DNA of 64,000 nucleotides from a virus (Duplodnaviria; Heunggongvirae; Uroviricota; Caudoviricetes): IMG/VR virus record IMGVR_UViG_2713896908_000007; one strand, 5' to 3'. Shown piece by piece: positions 62,807 to 64,000 of this stretch (position 1 is its first letter; each line of letters starts with the position of its first letter). The notes under the pieces were generated by a model. It saw only the letters and a program-made list of their open reading frames with translations, ran no database searches and was not told where the DNA came from. The position numbers and the translations under genes were made by a program.

Positions 62807-64000
62807 ATGAACAAGCTATCTATGGGGGTGTTTCGCTGTTCAAGCGTCAGCGAAATATTGAAATATATTAGGGCAATAACATCTCACCGAGCGCCGATTA
62901 AATACGGCGTGGAAAAGGTGGAAGGCAAAAGCTATGACCGACTGCGCCGGGAGGCGAATCAGAAGGCGATAGATTTGCTTAATTCGCTGGTGGACGGCGC
63001 GACACTGACAGATGAACAGCGCCAGATCCTGGCTGGGTACACCGGTGAAGGCGGCATTGGCGGGTCCGTCTCCGAATATTACACACCAAAGCCGATCGCT
63101 GAAGGTGTCTGGGAGATCATGAAGCTCTACGGCGCGGACGTAGGTAACACTCTGGAACCATCGGCGGGAACCGGCGTTTTTAATGAGACAAAACCGGTTG
63201 GTACGGTGATGACCGCGACTGAGATCAGCAGTGTTTCCGGTCGTATAAACCAGTTGTTACACCCGGAAGACAGCGTACAGATTTCCCCGTTCGAACAGCT
63301 GGCTATAAGCACGCCTAACGATTCATTCGACCATGTTGTGGGTAACGTTCCGTTCGGCGGTCGTGATAACACACGCAACATCGATAAGCCTTACGCAGAA
63401 GAAACGGACATGGGTTCTTACTTCATGCTCCGCATGCTGGACAAGATAAAGCCAGGCGGATTCATGTGCGTGATTGTGCCGCCGTCCATTGTTTCAGGTT
63501 CAAACATGAAGCGGTTACGCCTGCGCCTATCACGGAAAGCTGAATTTCTTGGTGCCCACCGCTTGCCTACCGGTACTTTTGACGCAAACGGGACCAGTAC
63601 AGTCGTTGATGTGGTGCTGATGCGCAAACATCCGGCAGAGATGGCTGAGAAAATCCCCCAGGTGGATGAAAGCACTCTTGAATCGGCAAATGTGCTTTGG
63701 CCAACGTTTATTTCAGGCAAGTGGTTTGAAAAGGACGGACGCCGGTTTGTTCATGGTGCCCAGGAAAAGGGCTTCCAGGGGCGTATTGAGGTTCGTGCCG
63801 ACGGGCAGATTGATAACCAGGCTCTTAAAACGAAGCTGATTCATCGTTTCGAAAGTCGTATCGACTGGTCTTTGCTCGATATGGCTGAACCGTCACCGAC
63901 CGCAGATGTTGTTGATGAAGGGGAAATGCGCCTGATTAATGGCGTATGGCAAAAATATGCTGGTGGTCGCTGGATTGAAGCTGATGCTGGTAAGGAGCTT
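62807..64000 (+). CDS. darB: DarB-like antirestriction protein, N-terminal N6-adenine methyltransferase domain (partial, runs off window end)
   Basis: ATG after AAGGA; AdoMet motif EPSAGTGVF and catalytic VGNVPFGG; frame open to the window edge. Confidence 0.6.
   Translation, partial: MNKLSMGVFRCSSVSEILKYIRAITSHRAPIKYGVEKVEGKSYDRLRREANQKAIDLLNSLVDGATLTDEQRQILAGYTGEGGIGGSVSEYYTPKPIAEGVWEIMKLYGADVGNTLEPSAGTGVFNETKPVGTVMTATEISSVSGRINQLLHPEDSVQISPFEQLAISTPNDSFDHVVGNVPFGGRDNTRNIDKPYAEETDMGSYFMLRMLDKIKPGGFMCVIVPPSIVSGSNMKRLRLRLSRKAEFLGAHRLPTGTFDANGTSTVVDVVLMRKHPAEMAEKIPQVDESTLESANVLWPTFISGKWFEKDGRRFVHGAQEKGFQGRIEVRADGQIDNQALKTKLIHRFESRIDWSLLDMAEPSPTADVVDEGEMRLINGVWQKYAGGRWIEADAGKEL

Overview
This window reads as most of a P1-like (punavirus-type) phage-plasmid genome from an enterobacterial host, not a chromosomal region. 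All family and gene-name assignments are from reading the translated ORFs and from recollection of the P1 map; no database search was run. The recognisable backbone, in window order, is: tail/baseplate genes; dbn-ban with a tRNA island; the uhr-hrdC-dmt operon; an iteron plasmid replicon (oriR-like DnaA box and GATC cluster, repA, flanking iteron arrays) followed by parA-parB-parS; capsid, sheath and tube genes; the kilA-repL lytic replicon; the c4-icd-ant immunity region; a morphogenesis block including the sit transglycosylase and the R-S-U tail-fibre operon; lydA-lydB lysis genes; the hdf-darA-ddrA antirestriction genes; ssb, lyz, head protease and portal candidates; and the start of darB at the window end. 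Five sites match the P1 C1-repressor operator and sit in front of the tRNA-ban, hrdC-dmt, kilA-repL, c4-icd-ant and ssb units. Several things are not predicted by a plain P1 map. The strongest is a 341-codon intein with LAGLIDADG motifs inserted exactly at the catalytic Pro-Cys of the cytosine-methyltransferase half of Dmt. Others are a macro-domain protein carrying fibre-tip HxH repeats between S and U; a 133-nt tRNA-like gene with an internal insertion; an AT-rich glycosyltransferase/acetyltransferase cassette where the cin inversion system would be; a host-type gldA with neighbouring orphan genes where ddrB is expected; a T5orf172-domain gene between repA and parA; an AT-rich pair of secreted proteins; an IS481-family element; and a solo TnpB element.
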